From Chthoniobacterales bacterium (GTDB lineage Bacteria; Verrucomicrobiota; Verrucomicrobiia; Chthoniobacterales; JACTMZ01), in assembly GCA_044359955.1 (NCBI GenBank), contig JBIKLF010000014.1, positions 41 through 64,040 of the forward strand: a stretch of 64,000 nt of DNA, in the 5' to 3' direction. The position numbers were made by a program, and so were the translations under genes. The notes beneath the pieces are model-generated. The model saw only the letters and a list, made by a program, of their open reading frames with translations, was not told the origin of the DNA and searched no databases. Shown here piece after piece: positions 20,690 to 30,813 of the stretch (positions are counted from its first letter, which is position 1; each line of letters opens with the position of its first letter).

Positions 20690-22426
20690 ATGGCCCCGAT
20701 GAAACTCCGTAACCGCCTCCTCACGCTGGTTCTTATGCTGGCCGTGCTCGGCCTGGCTGGTTACGCGGCGGCCCGCATTTTCTTGCCGCAAGTGCTCGCC
20801 CGTTGGGTGGCCGGGCCGCAGTTCGAGCGCATGTTGGCCAACGCCGTCGGCCACGCGCTCAAGGTCGAGGGCAAATTTGGTCCGCTCACCCTGAACCCCG
20901 ACCTTTCGGTCACCGCGGAAAATTTTTCCAGCACCGGCTGGCCGGGACAAGCCATCGGCGGGCTCGACGCGGGCCGGGCCACCGGCTGGTTCAACCCCTC
21001 AGGCATCCTCCGCGGACGCTGGGAGGTCGACCGCATCGATATCGCCCAAGCCAATTTCCGCGTCGTTGCGCCAAACAACGAATTGAAAAAGCAGGACCCC
21101 GTCATCCCGCCCAAGCCTTGGTATGCCTTCCTCATGCCTTCACAATTCCACTGCGGATGGATCGAATGTCCCGACATGACCATTGAGCTGCCCCTCGGAC
21201 CAACCCCGGTGCGCGGGGCCGGCATGCACCTCGGTGCCATGATGGTCGGGAGAAATTTCAAATACTTCGGCCGCGGCGGCCATCTTGTCCTGCCCAGTTA
21301 TCCCGACCTCGCCATCGACGGAATGGAAGTCTATGTCACGCACGAGGTGATCGATATCGGCTACCTCTACCTGCGCGAACCCGCCTCCGCGCAGAGCAAC
21401 CTCGAACTCAAAGCACGCCTCGGCCAGCAAGCCGACAAAAGCATCGACGCCTCCGCGCAGATCACCGCGCTCGACATTGCGCCTTTCCTCCCGCACGACA
21501 TCGCCGCCGTACTCTCCGGCCAGCTCGACGGAAAACTCACCTACCGCGTCGACCCCACCGGGAAAAATGCTTCCGGCGAGGGCCATATCGCTCTGCAGAA
21601 CGCGCGCCTTCGCGACTGGAACTACTTGGACCGCCTTGCCGAGCGCGCCGGCCAACCCGCCTGGCGCAACCTCGCCCTTTCGCGCGTTTCCCTCGACTAC
21701 CAACTCGAAGGGGATCTCCTCCGCGCGAAAAACATCGTCGTTCTCGCCCCCGGCCTCGCCGACCTGCGCGGCTCCGGATCTTGGAATATGGAAACCGCGG
21801 ACGCTGCTGTGGAGATCTCCGCCTCCGGTATTCCCCTCGGCGCCTACCTCCCCGCTTCGCTCACCGGAAGCCTCGCCGGCGAACTTGCCGCCGACCTCTC
21901 CTGGGCTTGGCACGGCACCAAGGTTGCCGAGGGCCGCGGCGGCGGCACGTTGCGCTTCACCGGCGGACGGCTCGAAGGATTCCAATTCCAGAAATTCCTC
22001 GACCGCTTCCTCAAGTCCAAGGCCTACACCACCATCGCAGTCACCCGCGCTTCCGCGCATTGGCAGGAGGACCGTCGCGGCCTCCACCTTGACCAACTCG
22101 ACGTTCTCGCTCCCGATCAAGCCGGATTGCGCGGCGCGGTGCGCGTCGCTCCCGACGGAACCCTCGCCGGCACAGTGCGGGCCGGATTACCCGCCTCCGC
22201 GCTCGCTTGGTTGCCGGACGCCACCAAGACCGTCTTTGCCCGGCAGGAAGACGGCCTCCATTGGTGCGAGATCGAACTTTCCGGCACGGTCAAAAAGCCG
22301 GTCAACAATCTCACCGCTCAAGTCATGCATCAGCTCGAGAAACATCCGCTGGCCATGGCCGAACTCGCGCTGCGCGGCCTCAGTTGGTGGCTCGGTGACG
22401 CTCTTGGCACCGAGGACGAAGGCTGA
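20690..22426 (+). CDS. AsmA-family-like envelope protein (single N-terminal anchor)
   Basis: ORF 20663..22426. N-terminal helix LLTLVLMLAVLGLAGYAAA, then a long beta-rich repetitive body in AsmA style (GKFGPLTLNPDLSVTAENF). Start uncertain (20663/20690/20699). Confidence 0.6.
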   Translation: MAPMKLRNRLLTLVLMLAVLGLAGYAAARIFLPQVLARWVAGPQFERMLANAVGHALKVEGKFGPLTLNPDLSVTAENFSSTGWPGQAIGGLDAGRATGWFNPSGILRGRWEVDRIDIAQANFRVVAPNNELKKQDPVIPPKPWYAFLMPSQFHCGWIECPDMTIELPLGPTPVRGAGMHLGAMMVGRNFKYFGRGGHLVLPSYPDLAIDGMEVYVTHEVIDIGYLYLREPASAQSNLELKARLGQQADKSIDASAQITALDIAPFLPHDIAAVLSGQLDGKLTYRVDPTGKNASGEGHIALQNARLRDWNYLDRLAERAGQPAWRNLALSRVSLDYQLEGDLLRAKNIVVLAPGLADLRGSGSWNMETADAAVEISASGIPLGAYLPASLTGSLAGELAADLSWAWHGTKVAEGRGGGTLRFTGGRLEGFQFQKFLDRFLKSKAYTTIAVTRASAHWQEDRRGLHLDQLDVLAPDQAGLRGAVRVAPDGTLAGTVRAGLPASALAWLPDATKTVFARQEDGLHWCEIELSGTVKKPVNNLTAQVMHQLEKHPLAMAELALRGLSWWLGDALGTEDEG

Positions 22427-22492
22427 GCGCCGCGGCGCACTGGGGGAAGTTTTCCATTGGCGCGACAGCCCTGCAGTCCACAATGGGTGGTT

Positions 22493-24772
22493 ATGACCCC
22501 GTTGTCTTCGGTCACCAAAGTCGCCTTCCTCGGCGACTATCCTCCACGGCAGTGTGGGATTGCCACCTTCACCCGCGACCTGCGCGATGCGGTCGTTGCC
22601 GCGAATCCCGATTGGAGTTGCCCGGTCATCGCCGTTTCCGACCGCGCCGGCACCTACACCTATCCGTCCGAAGTCCGCTTCGAAATTCCCCAACCCGACG
22701 TCGCATCCTACGTGCGGGCGGCCAACTTCCTCAACCTCGCCCACATGGACGTGCTCTGCGTGCAGCACGAATTCGGCATCTTCGGCGGGTCCGCCGGCAG
22801 CCACCTCCTCGCCCTCCTGCGCCGCGTGCGCATGCCCGTTGTCACCACCCTCCATACCGTGTTGGAAAATCCGGACCCCAACCAGCGCCGCGTCTTCCAC
22901 GAACTGGTCGACCTTTCCTCGCGTCTCGTGGTCATGGCCGACCGCGCCCGCGGCATGCTGACCAGTCTTTACGGGGTCGATGACGCCAAGATCGCGGTGG
23001 TCCCGCACGGTATTCCCGATACCGGCTTCACCGATCCGAGTTTTTACAAGGACCAGTTCGAGGTCGCCGGGCGGCCGGTCATGCTCACCTTCGGACTCCT
23101 CTCGCCGAACAAAGGCATCGAATACGTCATCCGCGCCCTGCCCGACATCGTCCGCGACCACCCGCGCCTCGTTTACATCGTGCTCGGCGCCACCCACCCG
23201 AACCTCGTCCGCGAAGAAGGCGAGAGTTACCGGCTGCAACTCGAGCGCATGGCCCGCAGCCTCGGCGTGGAAAACAGCATCCGCTTTGTCAACCGCTACG
23301 TCTCGAACGAGGAACTCCGCGAATACATCGGCGCGACCGACATCTACATCACCCCCTACCTCAACGAGGCCCAGATCACCTCGGGCACCCTCTCCTACTG
23401 CTTCGGCGCCGGCAAAGCCGTGGTCTCGACCCCTTACTGGCATGCCGGCGAATTGCTGGCCAACGAAGCCGGCGTCCTTGTCCCCTTCCGCGACGCCACC
23501 GCCGTGGCCCGCGAGGTCGGAGCCCTGCTCGCCGACGAAACCCGGCTCAATGCCATGCGCAAGCAGTCCTACCTGGCCGGGCGCCACATGATTTGGCCCG
23601 AGGTCGCCTCCGCCTACACCCGGCTCTTCGCCACGGCCGGCGACCACAACGAAGTCCATGCGCACCACAAGCCCCGTCCGGCCGCACCCTTCGGCGAGCA
23701 TTCGCACCTCCCCCCGTGGCGCTTCGATCATCTCCTGCGCATGACCGATAGCACCGGCATTTACCAGCACGCCATTTTCACCGTGCCGTGGTTCGACCAC
23801 GGGTATTGCGCCGATGACAACGCCCGCGCCCTCCTCCTCTCCGTGCTCCTCGAAGGTCTCGACGAATGCCCGGCCGAAATCGGGGTGGCCCGCGCCGCTT
23901 ACTCCGCCTTCCTCCAGCACGCGTTTGTCCGCGACACCGGGCTTTTCCGCAATTTCATGAGCTTCGACCGCAAGTGGCTCGAGAAACATGGTTCGGAAGA
24001 CAGCCACGGGCGCACCCTCTGGGCGCTCGGCGCGGTGGTCGGCCGCACCCGCAACGAAAGCCTCCGCTCCTGGGCCGCACCGCTCTTCGACGAAGCCCTG
24101 CCCGTCGTCGAATCCTTCACCTCTCCGCGGGCCTGGGCCTTCACCATTCTCGGACTCCACGAATACCTGCGCACCCTCGAGGGCGATCTGCTCGCCGCCC
24201 GCATGCGCGAGGACCTCTCCGCGCGCCTCTTCGCTCTTTGGAAACGCGTGGCCACCCCCGAGTGGCCGTGGTTCGAGGAGGTGGTGACTTATGACAATCC
24301 CCGTCTCTGCCACGCCCTCATTCTCTCCGGCCGCTGGACCGCCAACGAGGAAATGCTGCAAGCCGGCCTTACCTCGCTTTGCTGGCTCATGAAGCACCAA
24401 CGCGGCGAAGGCGGATGTTTCCGTCCGATCGGATCCAATGGCTTCTGGCAGAAAGGCGCCCCGCCCGCCGCGTTCGACCAACAACCGGTCGACGCCGCCG
24501 CGGCGGTCGGCGCCTGCATCGAGGCTTACAACGCCACGGCCGACCACGGTTGGCGCGCGGAGGCCATCCGGGCCTTCGACTGGTTTCTCGGGGCCAATGA
24601 CCTCGGTGAATTGCTCTACGATCCGGCCACCGGCGGTTGCCGCGACGGACTCCACCAAAACCGCACCAACCAGAACCAAGGTGCCGAATCGACCCTTTCC
24701 TTCCTCCTCGCCCTCGCCGAGATGAAGGCCCTCGACAACGCCAGCGCCGCTTTCTCCGAACGCCCGACATGA
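22493..24772 (+). CDS. GT4 (group 1) glycosyltransferase fused to a ~370 aa C-terminal domain of unknown function
   Basis: ORF 22457..24772. FLGDYPPRQCGIATFTRDL, the GT4 C-terminal core (FGLLSPNKGIEY...TPYLNEAQITSGTLSYCFGAGKAVVSTPYWHAGELL), then a helical extension. Confidence 0.88.
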   Translation: MTPLSSVTKVAFLGDYPPRQCGIATFTRDLRDAVVAANPDWSCPVIAVSDRAGTYTYPSEVRFEIPQPDVASYVRAANFLNLAHMDVLCVQHEFGIFGGSAGSHLLALLRRVRMPVVTTLHTVLENPDPNQRRVFHELVDLSSRLVVMADRARGMLTSLYGVDDAKIAVVPHGIPDTGFTDPSFYKDQFEVAGRPVMLTFGLLSPNKGIEYVIRALPDIVRDHPRLVYIVLGATHPNLVREEGESYRLQLERMARSLGVENSIRFVNRYVSNEELREYIGATDIYITPYLNEAQITSGTLSYCFGAGKAVVSTPYWHAGELLANEAGVLVPFRDATAVAREVGALLADETRLNAMRKQSYLAGRHMIWPEVASAYTRLFATAGDHNEVHAHHKPRPAAPFGEHSHLPPWRFDHLLRMTDSTGIYQHAIFTVPWFDHGYCADDNARALLLSVLLEGLDECPAEIGVARAAYSAFLQHAFVRDTGLFRNFMSFDRKWLEKHGSEDSHGRTLWALGAVVGRTRNESLRSWAAPLFDEALPVVESFTSPRAWAFTILGLHEYLRTLEGDLLAARMREDLSARLFALWKRVATPEWPWFEEVVTYDNPRLCHALILSGRWTANEEMLQAGLTSLCWLMKHQRGEGGCFRPIGSNGFWQKGAPPAAFDQQPVDAAAAVGACIEAYNATADHGWRAEAIRAFDWFLGANDLGELLYDPATGGCRDGLHQNRTNQNQGAESTLSFLLALAEMKALDNASAAFSERPT

Positions 24773-26250
24773 ACCTCCGTCGCCAACCCTTCGAATTGCG
24801 CCCCGACCCACGGCGCGTGCTCCTCCGCCCCTTCATGGCCTCCGTCATCGTCAAACCGACCGGCCATCCCGAACCCAGCCGCCGCCTCCTCGATGTCCTC
24901 GCCCGTGTCCTCATGCTCGACGATGCCACGGTCGCCGTCACCCTCGACAACGTGCTCGCCGAATTCCACGACCGGCACGTCGACATTCGCGCCATTTTTC
25001 TCGAACGATTCAACAAAATGGCCCCGCTCCTACCCGTCGACCGCCGGCTCGACGAGGCCCGCAAACTCCTCATCGGCTCCTATTTCACCAACGAGTATTC
25101 CCTCGAATCCAGCGCCCTCTTCAACCCGAGCATCGTGGCCGCCCCCGATCAATCCGGTCTCGCCTCCGGAGAATTGCGCTTCGTCCTCAGCCTGCGCGCC
25201 ACCGGCGAGGGACACATCTCGTCGATCACCTTCCGCTCGGGCATCGCCGCGGCCGACGGCACCGTGCGCCTCGACCCGGTCTCGAAATTCGTCCACTCCC
25301 CCCGGCCCGAACCCGCCGCCAAATACGACCTGCGCCTCTTCCGCCGCAAACTTCTCGAATTGGGGGTGCCCCACCATGCGGCCCACGCCGCCACGGCCGG
25401 ACTTCCCGACGTCTTCCACATGCCCGAACTCGTGGCCCGCACCGCCGCCCTCCGCCGTGACGGCAGCGACCCCGAAATCGTCCGCGCCGGCGAGCGCGCG
25501 GTTTCCCTCGCCGAGGCCAACTACGCGGTGCGCTTCAAGGACGGCCTCAACCTCTCCGAGAAAGTCATCTTCCCCTACTCCCCGCTCGAGAGCAACGGCA
25601 TCGAGGACGCCCGTTTCGTGCGCTTCACCGACGACGACGGCAAGGTCACCTACTACGCGACCTACACGGCATATAATGGGGCGGACGTCTTCCCACAGAT
25701 CGTCGCCACACCCGACTTCTGCGCCTTCCACAGCAGCACCCTGAACGGCCCCGCCGTGCGCAACAAGGGGTTCGCCCTCTTCCCGCGAAGAATCAACGGC
25801 CACTACGCCATGCTCAGCCGCCAAGACGGTGTCAATATCCACCTCATGTACTCCGACCATCCCCACTTCTGGTATGAGTCGCAGGTCATTGTCCGCCCGG
25901 CGCAACCCTGGGAATTCACCCAACTCGGCAACTGCGGTTCGCCCATCGAGACCGACGCCGGCTGGCTCGTCCTCACCCACGGCGTCGGCCCGATGCGCAA
26001 ATACTGCATCGGTGCCGTCCTTCTCGACCGCGATGACCCCTCCCGTGTCATCGGACGCCTCAAAGAACCATTGCTCGGCCCCGCCCCCGACGAACGCGAA
26101 GGCTACGTGCCCAATGTGGTCTATACCTGCGGCGCCCTGCTTCACCATGGTGTCCTTGTCATACCCTACGCCGTCTCCGACACCGCGACCCGCTTTGCCT
26201 CCGTCGCCCTTGACGAGTTGATCGACGCCCTCCGCCGCGGCAGCCACTGA
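24769..26250 (+). CDS. GH130-family glycoside phosphorylase/hydrolase (beta-mannoside phosphorylase-like)
   Basis: Track ORF 24637..26250, with Met45 (MNLRRQ) overlapping the GT4 stop (ATGA). NGIEDARFVRFTDDDG, YYATYTAYNG, NKGFALFPRRING, GWLVLTHGVG, VPNVVYTCG. Confidence 0.85.
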   Translation: MNLRRQPFELRPDPRRVLLRPFMASVIVKPTGHPEPSRRLLDVLARVLMLDDATVAVTLDNVLAEFHDRHVDIRAIFLERFNKMAPLLPVDRRLDEARKLLIGSYFTNEYSLESSALFNPSIVAAPDQSGLASGELRFVLSLRATGEGHISSITFRSGIAAADGTVRLDPVSKFVHSPRPEPAAKYDLRLFRRKLLELGVPHHAAHAATAGLPDVFHMPELVARTAALRRDGSDPEIVRAGERAVSLAEANYAVRFKDGLNLSEKVIFPYSPLESNGIEDARFVRFTDDDGKVTYYATYTAYNGADVFPQIVATPDFCAFHSSTLNGPAVRNKGFALFPRRINGHYAMLSRQDGVNIHLMYSDHPHFWYESQVIVRPAQPWEFTQLGNCGSPIETDAGWLVLTHGVGPMRKYCIGAVLLDRDDPSRVIGRLKEPLLGPAPDEREGYVPNVVYTCGALLHHGVLVIPYAVSDTATRFASVALDELIDALRRGSH

Positions 26251-26292
26251 GGCCACGCGACCCGGGCGAACGGAGGCGCCTCACTTGCTGCT

Positions 26293-26709
26293 TCACTGCG
26301 GCAAACGCGCTTCAAGCAGCTTGTAGGCCGCCGCCGCTTTGACCGCCTCGCGGCCGGCTCCCTCGTAGTCACCATGATCCGCGTCGTGCGCCACGGACGC
26401 CCACGCTTTCGCCGTGTTGTTGGCCATGCCCTCGACACGCTGTTTCGCCGTCTCGTCCAAGGATTCCAGCAGGCCGGGAATGGCTTTGACACAAGCTGAC
26501 AGGACATCGGTCACCGCGTGGGCCTCCGCGGCGTTGCCGGCTTTGAGCAGCGCCGTGAGTTCGGGCTGCTTCGCCGCGATCACCGCCCGCACCTCGGGCA
26601 GGGTGGACGGCACTTCGATCTGTTCGTGACTGTGCCCGTGGCCATGGTCCTCACCCGCCTGCAAGTTGAACGGGAGAATGAAAGCGGCCAGAAGAGGGAG
26701 GTATTTCAT
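26293..26709 (-). CDS. Secreted His-rich helical protein, last gene of the RND metal efflux operon (putative metal-binding accessory)
   Basis: 138 aa. Signal peptide MKYLPLLAAFILPFNLQAG followed by EDHGHGHSHEQ. The ATG overlaps the stop of the RND pump gene (ATGA). Confidence 0.75.
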   Translation of the reverse strand: MKYLPLLAAFILPFNLQAGEDHGHGHSHEQIEVPSTLPEVRAVIAAKQPELTALLKAGNAAEAHAVTDVLSACVKAIPGLLESLDETAKQRVEGMANNTAKAWASVAHDADHGDYEGAGREAVKAAAAYKLLEARLPQ

Positions 26710-29700
26710 GATGGTGTCGTTGTTGATTGGGGAAAGGCGCCGGGCACCAGCCGCGCCGAGGCACGGCGGCCAAATTGCCAGAAGACCAGCGGGCGCACGA
26801 GCAAATCAAGCAGCGTGCTGGTGAACAGACCGCAGAAAATGACGACCGCCACGGGATGAAGAATTTCTTTGCCGGGCTGGCCGGCCCCGAGGAGCAAGGG
26901 GAGAAGGGCCAGGCCCGCGGTCAGCGCCGTCATGAGCACCGGAACCACCCGCTCCTGCGTGCCGCGCACAATCATCTCGCGGCCGAAGGGCATCCCCTCC
27001 TCGCGCATGAGGTGCAGGTAGTGCGAAATCATCATGATCCCGTTGCGCGCGGCGATTCCGGTCAAAGCGATGAACCCGACCATCGAAGCGACGGAAAGCA
27101 CCCCGGCCGAAAAAAACTTCACGCCGAAGACCGCACCGACAAAGGCCAGCGGAATGTTCAGCATGACCTGCGCGGCAAACGCGCCGCTTTGGAATTGCAT
27201 GTAGAGAACGAAAAACATGCCCACCAGGCTCAGGGCACCAAGCAGCAGGATGAGTCGGGACGCCCCGGCCTCGCTTTCGAATTGTCCCCCGTAAGTGACA
27301 TAATAGCCCTCGGGCAGCGCGACCTTCTCCGCCACCGCGGCCTGCGCCTCGCGGACCACCGTGACCAGATCCCGGCCGGCCGCGTTGGCCGAAACGTAGA
27401 TGCGGCGCTGCGCATTTTCCCGGTTGATCATGTTCGGCCCCATCGCCTCGCTCACTTCGGCAATCAGCCCGAGGGGCACCAACTGCCCGGCAAGGGTATC
27501 GACCGGAATCGAGCGGATGGCGTCCAGATCTTGGCGCGCCTCGTCGGTCAGTCGCAGCACCACGTCAAAAGTCCGCTGACCCTCGAGCACCTCGGTCACG
27601 GCCGCCCCCTTGATCGCCAACTCCGTGTAACGCGCCGCCTCACCCGGACGCAGCCCGTAGGCCGCGCATTTCACGCGGTCGAAACGCACATGGATCTGCG
27701 GCACCAGGGTGACCCGCTCGACTTGCACGTCGGCCATCCCCGGGACGGCAATCACCGCGTCACGCACCTTCACGGCCAGTTGTCGCAACACCCCGAGGTC
27801 ATCGCCGAAAATCTTGATCGCGATCTGCGCCTGCACCCCGGAGAGGATATGGTCGATTCGGTGCGAGATCGGTTGCCCCACACTGACCCCGACACCCGGC
27901 AAGGTGGCCAACCGCGCGCGGATGTCGGCGAGAATTTCCGCCTTGGAACGTGCGGAGGCATCCAGTTCGAATTCGATCTCCGTCGTGTTGACCTCGAGAA
28001 CATGCTCATCACCCTCGGCCCGTCCGGTCCGGCGGGCGATGGTGCGGGCCTCCGGCACCCCGGACATCAACACCTCCGCCATGCGGCTGATGCGGTTGCT
28101 CTCCTCGAGCGAAGTGCCCGGGGCGGAGACGACAAATGCGGTGATACTGCCCTCGTTGAACTCCGGGAGAAATTCGCGACCGAGCGTCGGCACCGTGACC
28201 AGTGCCGCGGCGAAAAGCGCCCCGGCCACGAGGTAGACGCGGCGCGGTGCGCGGAACCCGACATCCAGCAGCCGCGCTTCCCACTCCTTGATCCTCCGCA
28301 CCAGCCATCCGTCCCTCGGGTGCTCCATGCGTTTCATGCGCGGGAGAAGCAACGCGCACAAGGCGGGTGTCACCGTGAGCGACACGGCAAGGGAAGCGAG
28401 AATGGACACGATATACGCCACGGCCAACGGTGTGAAGATGCGCCCCTCGATTCCCTGCAGGGCGAAAAGAGGGAGGAAGACCAGCACGACCAGCACGGTG
28501 GCATAGACGATGGAATTGCGTATTTCCCGCGAGGCCGAGACCACGACATCGAGCACCGGCCGCGGGTTCGCCGCGTGGCGGTTCTCGCGCAGACGGCGGA
28601 ACACGTTTTCCACATCCACGATGGCATCATCGACCAGTTCGCCGATGGCCACGGCCAGACCACCGAGCGTCATGGTGTTGATCCCGAGACCGGCCGCGTG
28701 GAAGACGATGAAGGTGGTCAGCAACGACAACGGAATCGCGGTCAAGGTGATCGCCGTGGTGCGGAAGTTGAGCAGGAAAATGAAGAGGACGACCGCCACC
28801 ATGAGACTTCCATCACGCAACGCCTCCTCCACATTGCGCACCGCCCGCACGATGAAATTGCTCTGACGGAAAATGTCGGTGTGAACCTTCACCCCCTCCG
28901 GCAGCGACCTCCCGATGACCTCCAACTCGGACTCGATCCTCCGCGTCAAATCGATCGTGTCCGCCCCCGGCTGTTTCTGCACCGTGAGGATCACGCCGGG
29001 ACGCCCGTCGATGCCCGCATCACCTCGCTTGTTGAGCGATGCCCCTTCGCGGACCTCGGCGATCTGCCCGAGCAGGACGCTGGATCCGTCGGGCAACACC
29101 TTCACCACCGTGATGGCCAGATCCTCCGCGCTTTCCACCCGGGCCAGATTGCGGATCAGCCGCTCGTTGTGTGCGTCGGGAAGAAAACCTCCGGAGGAAT
29201 TGACGTTCGACTCGTCGATGGCCGACTGCACCTCGTGCAAGGTCACGCCGGCGGCCACGAGCAGCGCGGGGTCGACCAGCACCTGGTATTGCCGCACGTC
29301 CCCGCCCATCACGGTGATTTGCGAGACCCCGGGAATACTCATCAGGCGGCGACGCAGGTCCCAGTCGGCCAGCGTCCGCAATTCCATCGGCCTCACCGAC
29401 GGATTTTCACTGGTCAGACCGATGGCCATGATCTGGCCCATGATGGACGACACCGGTCCGAGGAACGGCCGGATTTCTTGTGGCAACCGCGGAGTCACCT
29501 CGGCGACTTTTTCCGCCACGATCTGCCGGGCCCGGTAAATGTCGGTCTCCCAGCCGAATTCCACGAAGACCAGCGACAACCCGATCCCCGACATGGATCG
29601 CACCCGCTCCACGCCCGCCGCGCCATTGACCGCGGTCTCCAGCGGCATGGTGACAAGCATTTCCACTTCATCGGGTGCCAATCCGCCCGCCTCGGTGAAA

Positions 29701-29846
29701 ATGGTCACCGTGGGACGATTAAGATCCGGAAAGACATCGACCGGGATCTGGGTCAGCACGTATCCGCCATAAGCGGCGATGAGCGCGGCGGTCGCCACCA
29801 CCAAAAGGCGGTTGCGCACGGAAAAGGCGATCAGGCGGTCGAACAT
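26706..29846 (-). CDS. Heavy-metal efflux RND pump (CusA/CzcA family)
   Basis: 1046 aa with 12-TM RND architecture. TM4 region GGLAVAIGELVDDAIVDVENVFRRL resembles the CusA type more than the CzcA DFG type. Confidence 0.95.
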   Translation of the reverse strand: MFDRLIAFSVRNRLLVVATAALIAAYGGYVLTQIPVDVFPDLNRPTVTIFTEAGGLAPDEVEMLVTMPLETAVNGAAGVERVRSMSGIGLSLVFVEFGWETDIYRARQIVAEKVAEVTPRLPQEIRPFLGPVSSIMGQIMAIGLTSENPSVRPMELRTLADWDLRRRLMSIPGVSQITVMGGDVRQYQVLVDPALLVAAGVTLHEVQSAIDESNVNSSGGFLPDAHNERLIRNLARVESAEDLAITVVKVLPDGSSVLLGQIAEVREGASLNKRGDAGIDGRPGVILTVQKQPGADTIDLTRRIESELEVIGRSLPEGVKVHTDIFRQSNFIVRAVRNVEEALRDGSLMVAVVLFIFLLNFRTTAITLTAIPLSLLTTFIVFHAAGLGINTMTLGGLAVAIGELVDDAIVDVENVFRRLRENRHAANPRPVLDVVVSASREIRNSIVYATVLVVLVFLPLFALQGIEGRIFTPLAVAYIVSILASLAVSLTVTPALCALLLPRMKRMEHPRDGWLVRRIKEWEARLLDVGFRAPRRVYLVAGALFAAALVTVPTLGREFLPEFNEGSITAFVVSAPGTSLEESNRISRMAEVLMSGVPEARTIARRTGRAEGDEHVLEVNTTEIEFELDASARSKAEILADIRARLATLPGVGVSVGQPISHRIDHILSGVQAQIAIKIFGDDLGVLRQLAVKVRDAVIAVPGMADVQVERVTLVPQIHVRFDRVKCAAYGLRPGEAARYTELAIKGAAVTEVLEGQRTFDVVLRLTDEARQDLDAIRSIPVDTLAGQLVPLGLIAEVSEAMGPNMINRENAQRRIYVSANAAGRDLVTVVREAQAAVAEKVALPEGYYVTYGGQFESEAGASRLILLLGALSLVGMFFVLYMQFQSGAFAAQVMLNIPLAFVGAVFGVKFFSAGVLSVASMVGFIALTGIAARNGIMMISHYLHLMREEGMPFGREMIVRGTQERVVPVLMTALTAGLALLPLLLGAGQPGKEILHPVAVVIFCGLFTSTLLDLLVRPLVFWQFGRRASARLVPGAFPQSTTTPS

Positions 29847-29850
29847 GGAT

Positions 29851-30813
29851 TTAGTGCGCGTGATCGTGACCCGCTTCCGCCCCCGCCTTCGCCGCGCTAC
29901 CCGCCGCCGCGTATTGCAATTGGTAATGCCCGTTCGTCACCACGATGTCGCCCGGCAAGACGCCTTCCACCATTTCCACGCGGTCACCGCCGGCCAACCC
30001 GGTCACCACCTCGCGGCGCTCGAAGTACAACGGCTCGGTCTGGACGAAAACGAACTTGGCCCCGAGCTGACCGAGCACCGCCCGGCGCGGCACCGCGACC
30101 ACAGTTTCCGGCGCGCCGGTTTCGATCAGCATGCGCCCGCGGTAATTCGGATGGAGCTTGTCGCCGGGATTCGGCACCAGCGCGTAAATGTGGAAAAACG
30201 GGCTGCCTTCCGCATGGCCCGGATCGACCCGCTGCACCGATCCCTCGAAGCGCTCGCCGGGAAAAACATCGAGCAAGAGCACGGCCTTCTGCCCCGCGGC
30301 CACCCGCGTCAGCTCCGGCGATTGGTAAAAACTCCCCCGCGCGAGCAACTCCCGGTAGTCGCCGGTTTGCATCAGCGTGGTCTCCGGAGTGAAAGGCAAG
30401 CCGATGACCGCCGCCTGCTCGAAAACCACCCCCTCAAGCGGTGCACGGATTTCCTGCGGCGGGCTTCCCACCGCCAAAGGCGCAACGCGCAGCAACGGTT
30501 GGCCTTTTTCCACCTGCTCGCCCAGCTTGGCCAAAAGCTCGGTGACGCGTCCCGCAAATGGTGCCGTGATCCGCGCATGGCGTTCCGGCGGGAGCACAAA
30601 GACCGCGGGCACTTCCAGTGTCGGCGCCATCTCCGTGATCTCCGCCTCGACCGTCTCAAGCTGGAGATTCGCCGCCTGCGTCGCGGTCAGGACGACCGGC
30701 CCATCGGCGATGGCACCACCGGATCCCGGTTCGTTCGGATGGTCGTGGCCCGGCCCGGCCCGCAAGGTCATGGCCGCGACAGCCAGACACCAAATCATCA
30801 TTATGGTCCTCAT
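29851..30813 (-). CDS. RND efflux periplasmic adaptor (CusB/CzcB-like) with His-rich termini
   Basis: 320 aa. N-terminal GPGHDHPNEPG and C-terminal EAGHDHAH. The membrane-fusion-protein core is between them. Confidence 0.9.
   Translation of the reverse strand: MRTIMMIWCLAVAAMTLRAGPGHDHPNEPGSGGAIADGPVVLTATQAANLQLETVEAEITEMAPTLEVPAVFVLPPERHARITAPFAGRVTELLAKLGEQVEKGQPLLRVAPLAVGSPPQEIRAPLEGVVFEQAAVIGLPFTPETTLMQTGDYRELLARGSFYQSPELTRVAAGQKAVLLLDVFPGERFEGSVQRVDPGHAEGSPFFHIYALVPNPGDKLHPNYRGRMLIETGAPETVVAVPRRAVLGQLGAKFVFVQTEPLYFERREVVTGLAGGDRVEMVEGVLPGDIVVTNGHYQLQYAAAGSAAKAGAEAGHDHAH

Noticed and set aside
22187-24811. 874-aa ORF on the minus strand
   Set aside because: It is antisense to the GT4 glycosyltransferase gene, whose motifs are clear. 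It is a shadow ORF.
26727-30392. 1221-aa ORF on the plus strand
   Set aside because: It is antisense to the RND pump and adaptor genes. The sequence is extremely Arg/His/Gly/Asp-rich and has no domain signature. It is a shadow ORF.
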